NCBI RefSeq assembly: GCF_018350175.1
Contig: NC_058368.1
Coordinates: 236,656,001-236,720,000 of the forward strand
Source: Felis catus
Lineage: Eukaryota
DNA length: 64,000 nucleotides
Reading direction: 5' to 3'
Shown here: piece after piece, positions 36,521-50,487 of the stretch
Layout: every line of letters starts with the position of its first letter
Numbering within the stretch: position 1 is the first letter of the stretch
Notes under the pieces: generated by a model
Told to the model about the DNA's origin: nothing
Database searches by the model: none
Seen by the model: only the letters and a program-made list of their open reading frames with translations
Program-made: the position numbers and the translations under genes

Positions 36521-39500
36521 GCAGCTTTTATTTACTTCCCCTCCCCGATGTACTAAGTCTCCCAATACTGCCCCCAGTTTGCCGGGGCGGGATGTGGCAA
36601 AATAAGGCTGTGCCTGTGGAAGCCTGAACGTTTTCCACCGCAAGTGACCGTGTTCGGTAGCATCGGCTCAAGAGAACCAAACTGGGAAATACACGCAGAT
36701 TATCAGCTCGCTGACAAGAGGGGAGAAGAACCGAGACTCCCCCTTAAAGTCTGAGTGTGGTGAGTGGGGCGATGGCTTCCCAGGCCCTTGGAGCAAATGC
36801 TTCCTTTTACAGGGGAATTAGGTCCCAGGAAGTGAAAACGGCTTTCAGTCTCCCTGGAAAAGTGAGGGGAGGAGAAGAGTCAGCGTCAGACCACCTGAGG
36901 GCCCCTGAACTTTGCCAACATCTCACCAGATTCCTCAGGGTTCTGTGCCCGGGTGCCTTCGCCTGAGAACTTGACCAGGTGAGGACGTGTCTAACTGAGC
37001 ACAGACCAGCCTGCGGGCCGGGTGAGGCAAACAGCTTTCCTGAAGGGGCACTTGGCCACACGGGTTCGTCCTACAAGGGGGGTACGGCCAAGCCTGAGGG
37101 GCTCAGGTGGGCCTCTCCTTGTTCTAGGTTCTGGAATGTTCTCAGATATCCGTGGGTCGCCCAGTAAACATGAGAGTGGTCAGCTCAGCAGACCATCTCA
37201 GTCCAAACCACCCTCATCCGAGGAAAACGCAAACTGTTAGCTTCAGCTTCAGAGAGTACGCTAACCCCTCACCGGGCCAGTGACAGAGGGAGACTGAGTA
37301 CCAGCCCCATCCAGGGAACTGCCTGTTGGACACCAGGTAAGTTCTTTGTGACGGTAACAAAACGTGACTGGCCCGGAAGGCCGCGAAATTGTCCCTCTCC
37401 CCTCCCTCCGCTCTAAAGTACTACGATCTGCACAATGTGACCAAAGCCCCGAAATGTCTTCCCACTGAAGCTGTCTGAACAGGGCCCGTAGTGCATGGAA
37501 CCTTCCACCACCAAGGTGGCCGTCAGTCTTGGCTCCAGAAACGAAGCTCGTCAGCTCTCGTTGAATGCACTGGGCCTCTCCGAGCTGTTCTTGGCAGATC
37601 CCAAAAAGGGCGTGCGCCGTCTGGATCCTGGAGCAGGAAGTTGCCTTTACCATGAGAAATTTTGTTTTTCTCGGTGTAAAGGGATGTACCGTAGGGCTCC
37701 ACTGTCCCCCCACGACACTGGGAAGTCACGGTCAAGTGCAGACTCCAAACTGCGGTGGGCACGTGAGTCAGCAAGCACCTGTGCCCCAGTGACGGCCCGC
37801 AGCTCCCCGAGACTCGGTGCCCACTGAGCTCACCCACGGGGGCGTTTGTTTCCTGCTTTCCAGAAACTCACCTTTGGGGACAGCGCCCCTCCCCCAGGGG
37901 CACGACCTACCTGAGCTGCCTGGTCAGGGGTGCATCAACTCCCCGGGTCAGGGTCAGGCCCCTGCTCTCCCTCAGCATCAGTTGCTCCACACGGCATGCC
38001 TGAGCTAACCTCCAACCCCCCGCGTCTCTTCCCACCTCCCTGAACCAACTGTCACTGCCGGAAATCCTGCGCAGGCAGCCCAGCTTCTAAGACTTCCATA
38101 GGACAGGACTTCTGCACACCCTAGCTCCTGCCCCCCGGGGCTGCCACACGCCCCCATTCTGGGCACCCGGGCACATCCTGAGCCCCTCAGAATGTCAGGT
38201 TCCACACCCAAGGCCAACATCCGTATTTGCTGTCAACCTCTGTCCCCCCCAAACCCCAGACTGTGCTTCACAGATTCCTTGACCTTCTCCAAAAATTCCT
38301 TTCTTGTACATGCTCGTGCCTCTCGTACATTCCCTTCTTCCTCCTCCCCTGGCCAGCGCCTCGCCCTGCATGGCTCCCGTGTTCCTTGACGGATGATGGC
38401 AGACATGCCTTGGTTCTTCAAATGCAATTATCCTCCCCACCACGCCAGGATTATGCAGTCAAAACCAGTCTGCGCTCGAGTACTTAGCGGAGGACTTAGC
38501 ACAGAGCAATGGATCGATTGATAAGAACTTGTCACCCTCATTCCCGCCACTGATGTCATGGCAATCGCTGCTTTTCTGCTATCATTTCACATTGCCTTCC
38601 TTTGCTTTGTTTGTTAGTGTGTAACTGAAAAAAAAAAAATTACTTCTCTCTATTACCATAACTCGATAATAAAAATAGGAGGTCTAGTGCCACATTCACT
38701 GTGTGGTTAAGAAAGAACCAACACGGAGCACATAAATTTAATAAAACCTATTTGTGACCTAATCATCTTGGAGATGTGTTAATTTCAATTTCATATATTT
38801 CATGCCATTTAGGGAGAAGGAGTAAAATCAAGCGTTATTAACTCCAGCTGGGAATGAAGAGAGTTGAATAGATAAAATTTCATTGCTTATGATTCAATTT
38901 TATTTTTATGCTAAAGTCAGCTAGATGGAGAAGAGTATACGCCCGTAGCCTCAGGAATAATGTCCCTACAATCAAATCAGCCTCGAAAAAGCTAATGGTG
39001 ATGGGGAGTTTTAAAGTAACATCGAAAACCCAAGTGACTGAAGTTGAATTTAGCATCACTGGAAAAGCATATAGAAGAAAGCAAGGTCACTAATTGTCAA
39101 TATTCTCATCCATCCCTATATGCCGGGCATCTGTACGTAAACTCATTAAGGAATTTTACGTCCTGGATCAAAATCGCGTGTTTCTTTAAACCGTCTACAC
39201 GAGAGAACGCAGATCAGAAAGGAGCAGGTGACCCCAGCCTTGCCTTGCTTCTCCTTCAATTGACCTCTGAGTCAGTAACCCAGGGGGACCCAGAGCCCAT
39301 GCAGAGAATTATCTTTAGTTGCTGGTAAATTAGATCACCCGGCTTCCCTGTCAGCGGCAGGAGTTCTCATCGGATTCCGCTTCTGGATGCTGTCACTGAC
39401 ATAAAGTCGTCTTGGTGGGTTTGGGCTCTAAATAAATACAGTTAGAAGTGGTGACTCCATTTTAAAAGAATAAATACCCAGAGTAGCATTTGAGAACAGG

Positions 39501-40689
39501 TAAAAGGCAGAAAATGGTCTCCGGAGGGAGGAAGGGAAGTTGGGAGGGGGGATACACCGGGCTCCCTGAGTTGACTGCAGTGTATAATCAATATTAACCA
39601 CATCATACACAGGGAGGCGCCGTCTGCAGAAAAAAAGAGTTCGAACTGTACTTCCTTTATCCCATGAAGGTCATAATAAGGCGGGCGAGGTGATGAGAAA
39701 AATTGATGGAAGGTAGTGGGTTCGGCAATGGAGAAAAATACCTCTGTTCTGATGAGGAATTCTCACCAGCAATCTTGCAGAAGGACTGACCTCTGCTGTG
39801 AATTTGCTTGGGAACTACACTGGGAAGTTTAAATGAGATTTTTAGTGATTTCTGGCCTCGCCGAGAGCTGGAAAATGACAATTATTCAATTTAAGAGACT
39901 TTCTGCCCGAAACAGGTAGAAGGAGCCCCTGGTTGGATGGCCTGATGGACTAACGCGGCCTCTGTCTCCTCCTCGGTCCAGAAAACACCAGCTCTGAACA
40001 CCACTAACCATGTGGACGTACGTATCCCCTGTGTCAAGGAACAGAGGGCTTGTGGAATTGACCATGATTTCCAAGGAGCTGAAGAAGATATGGAGTTCAC
40101 CCTCCCCCTTGGGGCGGGTTTACAGAGACAGATGTAAACAACTTCACCAAATAAAATTCCCACAGAAACTAAAAGTGTCCCAGGGACTCCCTGAGTTTTC
40201 ATTTCCTTTCTCGTGGTGGCTGGCAGATTTCCCCTGAATGCACTTTGAACCTCGTGGTGGATCCGACATGCTGAGTCCTGGGCCTCCATGCGTGACCGAA
40301 GGCAGGGTGTGGACAGCTGGGAGCAATGGGTAGAAGGTGCCCAGGCCCCACAGGTGAGATTCCAGCCCACTCCGAGACTCGGCCCAAAATATATACCTGG
40401 ATGCAATGATACCTTCCACCAGTCACCTGGGAAGACCGGGATTATTAGCTTTGTCTCAGAAATCCCATGCCTTTAGAGGACTCTATTTTTACTTAAATCG
40501 ATACCAACGAGGAAAAGCAAAACTCTTAAAGGGCCACTTGTTAGAGAGAAATTAGTATCCGTTTCCTCAGCCATGACTTTTATGAACGTGAAGTTGGTAT
40601 ATCTACTGCATTTGTGGATATAGATGTCAGTGTAGGTGTGTTGTAAATGTAGGTGTGGGTGCCCGTGCAAATGCAGGTGCGCATAAAGT

Positions 40690-40911
40690 TATACATGATA
40701 TATGTGATATTGACATACAGATACTGCTGTGGATATAAACACTGAGACAGATACTGATATGACTTAGTTACTGATATGGATGTGTTGATGCAGATAGATA
40801 CAGACAGCTATAGATATGGATAGAGATACGATATCGATATTCACATTGATATAGGTAGATATAAATGCTGATATAAATAGGTCCAGGCATAGATATATGG
40901 ATGGAAATAGA

Positions 40912-40959
<48 letters not shown>

Positions 40960-41005
40960 TATCAATCTAGCCACAGAGACTGATATGAATACAGATACAG
41001 ATGCA
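40690..41005 (+). repeat. Degenerate (GATATA/GATACA)n low-complexity tract with central (AT)n at ~40915-40961
   Basis: Directly visible. Confidence 0.85.
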
Positions 41006-41808
41006 GCTAGTGACTCAGTTTGGTGAAACCTTCATAACTTTCTATTCAGGGTACAGCACTGCGACCCTGAGCATTTGAAGAAGAATATGGTTCAGGCCTT
41101 ACTCTCACGTTGCTTACAATCTAGTGAAGGGAATGTGGGAGGGAAAAAAAAACAGTTTAGTCATAAAATAATCATACGATTACTGGAACATTTTCTACTT
41201 TGATGACAAAATCTGTGCCCTAGAGAAACCCATTACTGAACAATTCTAGAGAAGCCACTGCTGTCGGTCCTTCCACGGGGGTCTGTCTGCAGGGGCAGCC
41301 TCCTCGGCTCCCACTGGGGCATTGGCACCTCCCTTTCACAACAGACCCTGGCCTCCCGATGCCACTGGATTGACCAATGGGGACCCCTGATCCCAGCAGC
41401 TCGTCATGGAAGCAATGGGGGCAGATGGGACTGACCAACACTCTGCCTGGAAGCCACTTAATCTGTTTCCTGGGCTCGGCCATTGCCTGCCTCGGGCCTG
41501 ATGCTCAGTGGAATTCTACCTTCACCCACCCCTGGGACATTTCAACATCGGCACAGCCATCAATTCCATTTTCCCAATATGAAAATTATATTTGCAATTT
41601 TCCACACTACTGCTCCCATTGAAGAAAATGGGACAGATGTGGATAAGCTTGTAGATGTCACTGACTCACGTTTGTTCGCTGTGGACATCAGAGTCAGGGT
41701 TACAAGCTCAGGGAAGACTGAAGCTGACATTCTCATTGATGGTCACGTCAGAAAAACCCACTCACGCTAGTGCGAAGGAGCTGTTTTCCCTTGGTCTGTA
41801 GGAGTGTT

Positions 41809-42005
41809 GGGGGCGCCTGGGTGGCTCCGTGGGTTAAGCATCTGACTCTTGACTTTGGCTCAGTCATGGCCTCGTGGTTCATGGGATCGAGCTCTACTTG
41901 GGGTTCTGCGCTAACAGCGTGGAGCCTACTTGGGATTCTTCCTCTTCCTCTCTATCTCTGCCCCTCCCTGGCTCGTGCTCTTTCTCTCTCTCTTTCAAAA
42001 AAGAG
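41809..42005 (+). mobile_element. CAN-SINE, diverged
   Basis: Head gggggcgcctgggtggctccg; 'gtggagcctacttgggattct'. Confidence 0.93.
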
Positions 42006-42067
42006 AAAGTGCATAAAAAGCACGATGTGCCCAAAATACAAGTGATTAGAAATATTTTGGTTTTATT

Positions 42068-42285
42068 GGGCACCTGGGTGGCTCAGTCAGTTAAGCATCC
42101 GACTCCAGCTCAGGCCATGACCTTGAGATCCATGAGTTCGAGCCCCGCGTCGGGCTCTGTGCTGACAGCTCAGAGCCTGGAACCTGCTTCGGATTCTGTG
42201 TCTCCCTCTCTCTCTGCCTCTTCCCTGCTCGCACTCTGTCCCCCTCTCTCTCAAAATTAAATGAACATTAAAAAATTTTTCAGAA
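42068..42285 (+). mobile_element. CAN-SINE
   Basis: Full length; TSD-like agaaatatttKggtt. Confidence 0.96.
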
Positions 42286-42539
42286 AAGAAATATTTGGGT
42301 TATGCTAGTAGTGTTTCTTTAATCCAATTATGAGAACATTTGCCACAAAAGAAATTGCTCATCTGTGAGGAAAAGTTATATAAATTAAGAAATGAGAGCT
42401 GTGGTAAAGAAAAAGCTTCTGGAATGCTAGATATTTCCTTAGCAGTAACACTTGGTAACTTTATGTGGATTCGCACGCACACGTGCATGCACACGCACAC
42501 ACCCAGCAACAGAACTTAAGCACCCTCCCCAGCCTCTCT

Positions 42540-42715
42540 GACCCACGTAACCCCGCAAAGTAGAAATTATTATGGGATGGTGAGAACGGGACCCTGGAGC
42601 TAAGAAACGCCCAGTAACACACCAGAGTGTGTTAGTGAGTTAGTTGTGAGTGTTGAGATCAGGATTTTAAATCCAAGGTTGACAGATTCTAACCCCAGAC
42701 TCTTAACCACTGCCG
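42540..42715 (-). mobile_element. MIR remnant
   Basis: 'gatcaggattttaaatccaagg...gattctaaccccagactcttaaccactg'. Confidence 0.6.
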
Positions 42716-44724
42716 TGAGCTGTACAGTTCGATGGGGGGAGAGTCTCATGGAAAGGAATTATTCTCTGCTCTCCGCAGCTCCGAGGTCCAACCGTCACCC
42801 CTGTCAGCTGACTGAGACTTCAAGAGTCCCCACCCCTCCTCCTGCCGAACATAGCTTCCCTCCCTGGTTGCAGGAGAAAAGGCAGTCTTCTCGGAAATGA
42901 TGTTTGGACCCAGGGCACACAAACACCCTATTGAGAAGAAGACGGTGTGTGGTCTCGTCCTCGAAAGATGACAAATGAAAGGCACACCTAAGCATTTCTT
43001 ACCCTTCCGTGCAATGCCCACCATACATTTCATGCATGTTGCAAATCAAGGATGTCACTTTTGAAAAAGCACTTAAAGCGATCGTTGCCGCTCTTCGTCG
43101 CAGGAAACGGAGCGGATCTCGGGACAAGTCGAGCCTCATCTGTGCCGCGAGCTGGCGTGGAGCATGGCAGCAGACCTCCTCTGCGATGCCCTCTATGCGG
43201 CATCGATGCACTGGCAATCCCGCTGATGGAGTGCTACCGAGCATCTGTCTGTATTCCCAGGCAGCGTGAGGACCGGATTTCCAAAGAAGGGCTCTCTGGC
43301 ATCTGGCTGAAATGAGCAGTGAAATTTTAGTAGTTTTTATATTTTTATCTTGCCCAAAAAAACATCCACTCCATGTGATGTTATCTTATTTTTTTAACCC
43401 CAAGACTTGTAAAATGGCAACTCTAAGTTGCAAATATGTCTTCGGGCCTCATGCATATTTTAGGAACTACCCATAGGCAGCCCAGAGCTAACCAAGCTTC
43501 CAGAACACCCTTGGTTTCACTGAGCACTGACAGCAAAGGATCTCAACTTCTTGACAGCCTTTTGAAGGAGGAGTGTCACAAGCACGCCAGTGTTTTCTTC
43601 CCAAAGTCTCATAGTCTCCCTTACTCTATTATGTTATTTTTTTTCTCATAGTCATGTAAAATAATGCAAATGCTCTACTGTGCATGTTCTCAGCCCATCT
43701 ACTGTAGGCACACCTAAGCAGAACAGTGTCCCAACTCTGGAGGAAAGCCTCTGGAGGAGGCCAACCTCCAACGAGGTTCATGAATTGTAGGTTGTCCTTT
43801 TCCACAGCAGAAAAGATGCTACCTGCTATGGTCGGTCTGTCTGTCCATCCTGTCACGGTGGCCTTGGTTCTCCTGAACCTGAAAAGCGTGACACGTGTTT
43901 GAGGGAAATTGACGGCACCCCCACTGTCACGTTGGGGTTGATGTATCAGTGCATCGTGCCTACTGGAGGGGTGCTGCTTCACCGAGGCACAGACGAGTGT
44001 CGTCTCCTCGAGGCTCCAGGTAAAACCCTGCAGGGCACACAGGAAGGGGCCCAGCTTCCTTTCTGAAACAGTGCTGTAGGAACACCTGCTACACTGATTT
44101 TCCAGAAAGGCTTCTCAAACTGAATGGGAAGCCAGTGAGCCATGAGTTACCATTAAAGTCAAGGTGAGGGTCACAGACATCCTGCGACCGAGCCTGAGAA
44201 TATCAGTGAGTTCACCTGCCCTCCCCCCGGGGAGGGGTTCGCACTAGAGGAAAGTCCCCCGGGTGATCGTTGCTTCCATCTGGGAGCCCAGAAAGCTGCT
44301 ACTTCAGCAATTCCCAGTTTTTCATATAACCAGCTCCAGATTACACACTGGTGGCAATGCCCAACCCTTGTGTCACCGTGCCTGGGCGGTCCCCAGATCT
44401 CACCATGATGCCATGGGATCCTCAGACATATATGATGTGGCATAGCAGGGAGGACAATGAAACATGAAAAAGCAAACAGACACGTATTTTTAGAATTCCC
44501 CAAATTCTGGGGATCCCGAGGTTCAAGATTCACCAACCTTCCTAGACAGTTACATGGGTCACATTCTCTCTGAGGGAAGTATAAATGTATCTTTGCTTTA
44601 AATATATTATTAATCATAGGCAATCTATTTGTGATAATTATGTCTTCGCTGCCATTAGAACTCAGGAAGATTGTGGCCATGGTCCACAGGCCTGGCAGTT
44701 GCTTAGGAGAGACCACCGAATCCG

Positions 44725-44910
44725 ATGTCTAGACGCTCTATGCGTAAGTGTGTGTAAGGCCTTCTCTCATTTGATTCAACAACAACATTACAAACTAAAT
44801 ATCATAGCCCCACATTTCAGGGATGATAAAACTAAAACTTTGTCCTCAGCTAACCGGTGGCAGAGTAAAGATTCAAACTCAGACCTGCCCAATTCCAAAT
44901 GCATACTCCA
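44725..44910 (-). mobile_element. MIR remnant
   Basis: 'ctcatttgattcaacaacaac...ccccacatttcagggatgataaaactaa...ggcagagtaaagattcaaactcagacctgcc'. Confidence 0.7.
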
Positions 44911-46286
44911 TCTTCGTACAGAAAAACAAAACACCTTTTCTCTGGTTGGGATTGACTGGTAGACTGGAGTCCTCCCACATGGGCACCAAGGTATAGAGAC
45001 GACATCTTGGCTCCTTCCTGAGTTCGTGGAGATTTTTAAAGACCTGGCACAGAAGCCTCTCCAAAGATCATCTACGTTTACGTTAAGAAACACAAGCAGA
45101 GCACATATTCAAGATTTCTAACTTGTTTTCTGAACAATATCCGCTGGTTTTGCAAGCCATCCGTGTCAGGCGTGCGGATGCCTCCTCCGCACTCTGGCCT
45201 TCCAGATACTGCCATCCCTTCTGCCAAACTTCTGGGTCTGTACTCTGGGTCGAGGGTCGAGGCTAAGGGCACCGGAGGCTTCATGAAGGGGTGAGCCTGG
45301 GGACGCGGGGTTCCCTGCGGGAGTGGGGAAAGGCCACAGGTGGCTCTCGGCCCCCACTCCCCAGCGGAGCTCTTCCAGGAAGGGGGTCAGACAAGCAGTG
45401 ACACCCTGCGGCTCGAATAAGCCAGGGGGTGCTTCTCTGGAAGCAGACGAGAGCCATGTGGCAAAGTGATCAACTTGAAACATGTGTGTTGACTTACATC
45501 CCAGGGCATCTCCACCAGCGCCGTGAGGGTGAGGTGAACGCAAATGCTCTTAGTATCCTGCCTTGGGTGAGCTCATGTTTGCAATGTGTTCCTTGAAAGC
45601 CAGTGTTCGGTCTGGGAAATGCTGCTCAGGGAGCCATGAGCTAGTGCACTTCCTTGGGGTGTATCGCACAGCCCTGGTTTACCCCCTGCTCTGTAGGGCA
45701 TTGTCCTCCGCCCTGGCAGGCACCCCCCACTCCGGACTAATCCTGGAGGGCCCACAGCTGCAGAGCCCTCGGAAGCAGATGTCCCGGGCTGGGTGCTGTG
45801 TCCCTACTGACACCACAGCTCTTTGCCCCCATTTGCCAAACTTCCTGCTTCGACACCGGATCCAGGAGTACCAGCGATGCTGTATGAAGGCCACGTTCTC
45901 CTCCCTCGATGGCTCATCTCCACACAATCTCTGTCACCAGACAGCCAGCCGTGGGCAAAGGGCCGGATCGTTCCTTGTTTAAACCTGCTCCCCAAAGCCA
46001 TTCCTGGTATGTGTGTAAATTCCCTCCAAATGGAGGGAAATTTCTCAGTTAGGAAACTTTGCCACTGAACCTGCAGAGATAGCAGAATAACAGGTGGCTA
46101 TGGCTGTCCCCGTTGGCCTGGCACCGGCTGCACGTGTCGTTGGAGCATGATTTAGCCCCCAGGCCCAGCGCTGCCGGAACCTTCCAAGGAAGGCGATGTC
46201 ACCTGGGGACAGAGATGGAAGACTTCCCTGAAGACTTCCCTTCTCCAGTTCCAACCACCTTCTCTCACTCAAAGAGCGTAAGAAGA

Positions 46287-46443
46287 GGTGCCGGGGGAGC
46301 CCTGCTGGTTGAGCGTCCTACTTGATTTTGGCTCAGATCATGATCTCACGGTTCGTGAGTTCGAGCCCCAGGTTGGGCTCAGTGCTGATGGTGTGGAACC
46401 TGCTTGGGATTCTCTCTCTCTTTCTCTCTGTCTCCCCGCTGCT

Positions 46444-46493
<50 letters not shown>

Positions 46494-46503
46494 GTAACTA
46501 AAT
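46287..46503 (+). mobile_element. CAN-SINE with long (CT)n
   Basis: TSD aaagagcRtaagaaga at 46271-46286 and 46504-46519. Confidence 0.94.
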
Positions 46504-47374
46504 AAAGAGCATAAGAAGAATTTTCTCATGGGCCATGGGGATGAGGTAAAGGATAAACTTTGGCCTTTCACTTACACTTTTTGTCTCAGATGAGAGGGAA
46601 CTGATGTAACCTGGAAAAGCCACACTTTTCCCCAGGAAAGACAGCTTTGCTATCAGTCACCCACCCAGCAAATTCTTTGCTGGAAAGTTCCCTTATCAAG
46701 ATCACAGGCAATAGACAGAGCTATTTTGAAAGTCAATGTCTCCCTCTTTTTAAAAGCTTCACTCGCTGTGTGTTTTTAGAGGCAAGCTTCAAACTGTCAG
46801 AGTTTTGTTGCTGTTGATAAAGCCGGCCTGGGATGGATGCCCAGCGGGGGGTCTGACTGGAAATTATGAGACAAAACTTGAACTAAATTAATTCTCTGCG
46901 AGGCTCAGGGATGAAGGCAAAGAAGAACCAGTCTCCGAACTGCACGAGTGGATAATCCGTAATTGTCACTGGTCAATGGGCCACTTGCTTTCTTACCTTA
47001 ATGACATTTCTTTCCCACTTAGTATTTGCTAAGATAATGTTTCTGGTGACGTCGGAATCCAGTAGCCTCCATGAGTCATCTCCAGCAGCATATTGAATAC
47101 TTCTAGATGCCTGCCGGCCATTTGTGTGAGTCTAGATCTCCGAAAGGAAAACAATTAGCTTTCTTCAACAATGTTAAATATTTATGCCATAAACCTGTGT
47201 CAGTTTCTGATCTATTTTAAAAGACAATGTACAGTATAGATTTTCCTATTCCGGGTTAGCTATTTTAGGGCTCACATAACATTATCAAAACTTCTCAGGA
47301 AATATGAAGTGACACGCACACTGTCAGATACCTCTGGCGTGTACCTAATGGTTCATCTCCAAGACTAAATGGGC

Positions 47375-47527
47375 ACAGCGTCTTTCGGGGTGATGAACGT
47401 GCTCTGGAATTAGATCGTTCCGGTAGTTGTGCCACTTTATGAATCTACCAAAATCCACTGGATCGTACATTTTCAAATGGCGCGTTTTATGGCACGTTTT
47501 GCATATATCTCAAGAAAAATAAAAATG
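47375..47527 (+). mobile_element. L1MB/MC-type 3' terminal fragment
   Basis: 'tctttcggggtgatgaacgtgctctggaattagat...ccactggatcgtacattttcaaatgg...ttttatggca...tatatctcaa'. Confidence 0.8.
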
Positions 47528-49375
47528 ATCCTGGAGACGAACATGGCCGTCCACTAAATCAACCAACCACTTCATGTGGGCCACTCAGCCAGATGTCCTC
47601 CTCAAGGGTTCTGTTTCTGAAATGTTCCTCTGGTTTAACTTTGCTGTTTCTGTCCATTGGGGCAATAACCCTGGGTTTTTCAAGTTGTAAGTCGTCAATG
47701 GCTAATAGGGCCATGAGCTAAATTTCTTGGATTTGGCAGATTTTTATTAGAATCCATCAGAATAGAAATTACAGTGGGGTTCAGCTCTAGACCTGCCTAC
47801 TTGTTTACCAAGTCAGAGCACAAAATGGGTCATTTGCTGTAGCTCACGTTTCAAACTTCAGGAAAGCTCCATAGTAAGTCTCCCACAGAACTATTTGTAC
47901 ACAAGAATTGTGTATTTCTGTCCTTGTTTCTAGCCATTCTGAGAGACAGAAGGGTCAGGCTATTAGGCTGATAAAGTCTCAAGTGCTTCGGTAGTACTGT
48001 GCGGACCAGATCTCAAAATGTAAAATAAATCAAATCTTTCCATCTGCTGGCTAATCCAATAGACCCACTTATTCTTTCTGTTTCTAGAACAGCTGAATAT
48101 AGTTAGTGCTCCTTACACAGTGTGAATTAGAGTTTCCATGAAGAGGTCCAAGATGGGTGCCATGAAAAAGCTTGTCAGCCCTCAGGGACGTGCATCTCTG
48201 CTAAGAAACATTTGTGCTCGTAGAAAGCATTATCTTTGTCAAAAACATTTATTACATGAGGGCCAGAAGATGTATGCCATTTTAAGCGAATGAGAATTTT
48301 CGACAGAGACTGAGAATGTTAAGTGGAGAGTGGGATGGCGTTTTTAAATGAGCTGTAACCAGGCCCAGGTGTGTGGGGAGGGAAGGGCAGTCAAGGGCCA
48401 AAGCCAAGTTCCAAGGCCACCTCATTAGCCACTCAAAGGCCCACCCTGAGGCTAGCAAAGTGAAAACAATGCTTTTTTTGGGTTTTTATTCAATATCACC
48501 TCAGGAACACAAAATTTCCAACCCAACCCCTATATTTCCTCTTAGTGTTACAGGTCCATTCCATATATCCTAAGCCAGCGACTCCTATGAATAAACACTT
48601 CCTACATGTTTGCAGGGCTATCAGCATGGACCCTTGGCACAGACAGGAAGTAAAGTGTCCTCAGAATACGTACAGAGTCCATCAGTACGCGGCGCTAAGA
48701 TGTGACTCCTTATGGCCACATGGATCTCATTTCCAGCCGCTTGCCTCTATTTCTGGCTCTGCCCCTAGAGATTCACCTTCATCTCTTTGTCCTGCTGTCT
48801 TCTCCCACAGCCTCACAACCACTGACCGTGGTCGTGACATGAGAATGTGTCCACTTCTCTGGTCATTGAGGCCATACCCCCAGTTCACGTCAAAGTGCAC
48901 CTGGCCCCCTGGGACTCGTGGGAAGTTTGTTCTACTGAACCTATGAGCTCCTCCCACTGGAGTGACCCGCTGGCCTCACCTCCCTCCATCATCTCTGATC
49001 ATCCTCTGCAAGAGGACACTCCGACGGCAACTGTGATCCCGCATCCTTCTATGGTGTAAAGCCTCATGTGTGCCTAAACGGTACCCCTGGATGGAGGTCA
49101 TATGTCACAGCTTACTTGGCACATCACTGACGCAGCCCCACCCACCAAAGTTCTCTTTGGGTGAAGAAAAGGTAGTCCTCCGGGTGAGAGAGCATTTCAA
49201 GAAACAATGGCCTTTGGGGTCAGCAGGCCACCCTGGGGAGTTGGGGCTAGGGCCCTCCATCCCCAGCAATGCGGGCTTCTGAGTGAGCCTCACGAGCACT
49301 TCAGGCTCTGGGCAAGCAGAGACACTGTCCTCCGGAGGAAGCAGAAATGCAGGAGTGTGGCCCGCTGGCTCTCGG

Positions 49376-49723
49376 TGTCTCAGTCAGCTGGGGCCACCAT
49401 AACAAAATACCTCAGACTGAGTGGCTTAAATGACGGATACTGACCTATGACATTTTGGAAGGCTAGACCTCCAAGATCAAGCGCCTGCTGATTGGGCTTC
49501 TGAAGAGATGGACACGTTCTCTGGGTATCCTCACAAGCTAGAGAGAGAGCTCTGGTCTCTCTTCCTCTTCCAGTGAGGGCGCTAGTCCCATCTTGGGGGC
49601 TCCACCCTCACAACCTCATGTAAATCTAATGAACTCGCAAAGGCCCACCTCCCGATACCATCCCACTGGATTAGGGTTGTAACATGCAAATTCTGGGGGC
49701 ACACAAACATTCAGCCCATGGTA
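49376..49723 (-). mobile_element. MaLR solo LTR (MLT1A-like)
   Basis: 'tgtctcagtcagctggggccaccataacaaaatacctcagactgagtggcttaaa...caaaggcccacctcc...gggggcacacaaacattcagcccat'. Confidence 0.88.
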
Positions 49724-50487
49724 CCTAGTGACAATATTTGACATGGAGACAGGGGGTTCTTCCATCTACCTCCGTGAGGAACACAAGATGACAGGTGCAT
49801 TAAGATTGTCTTCAGGGCACCCGGGGACCTTGCCCTGGCAGAGACCTCTATGGAGTTAGGGTGCTGTGCACAAGAGTCTTCAACTCTATTTGTGGCCAGA
49901 AGACATCCACATGGGGACAGTAAGGTAAGACTATGGAAGGATCCATGGGGAAGGGAGGATCCCCAGAGAGAGACCTGCAAGTCTTCCTGCATTGGTGGGA
50001 AAGGATCAGAATGACAGCCCATGCCTTATTCCTAGAACACAGACCCCATCTTGAGTCCTGGGAAATGTGGGCTTTGAGGTGTAGGGGACCATGGGGAACT
50101 CCCAGAAAGGTAGGGTCCTGCTTTCATGTCAGTGGATCATCCAGGAACTGCCAGTCCCAGGGAGGCTCAGCTGTAACGGGAGATCCTGGAAATAAGCTGA
50201 ATGGGCCCCTCGGCTGCCATGACAAGAGCAGGATTGACCCTCAAGGGGGTAGCTTGTGAGAAGGGGAAGCAGTGTCCTCAGATGTGGTGCACCGCCAAGG
50301 TTGGGTCTCTGGAAGGGCCAGAGGCTGCCAAAGGGTCACATTCCACGAGAGCCAGAGTGTCACCATGTTGGGACCGGTTGCCACGTAAACATGAAAAAAC
50401 AGAGGTTGGAAAAAACAGCGTCCTTGGTCACTCAGTCGAAGCATAAGCAGGTGAAGGTGCCCAGTTGGGGATTTTTATAATACCTGA

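Noticed and set aside
48750..50420. Possible ERVL/MaLR internal sequence around the MLT1A LTR
   Set aside because: I could not match it to a consensus by eye; needs a Dfam search
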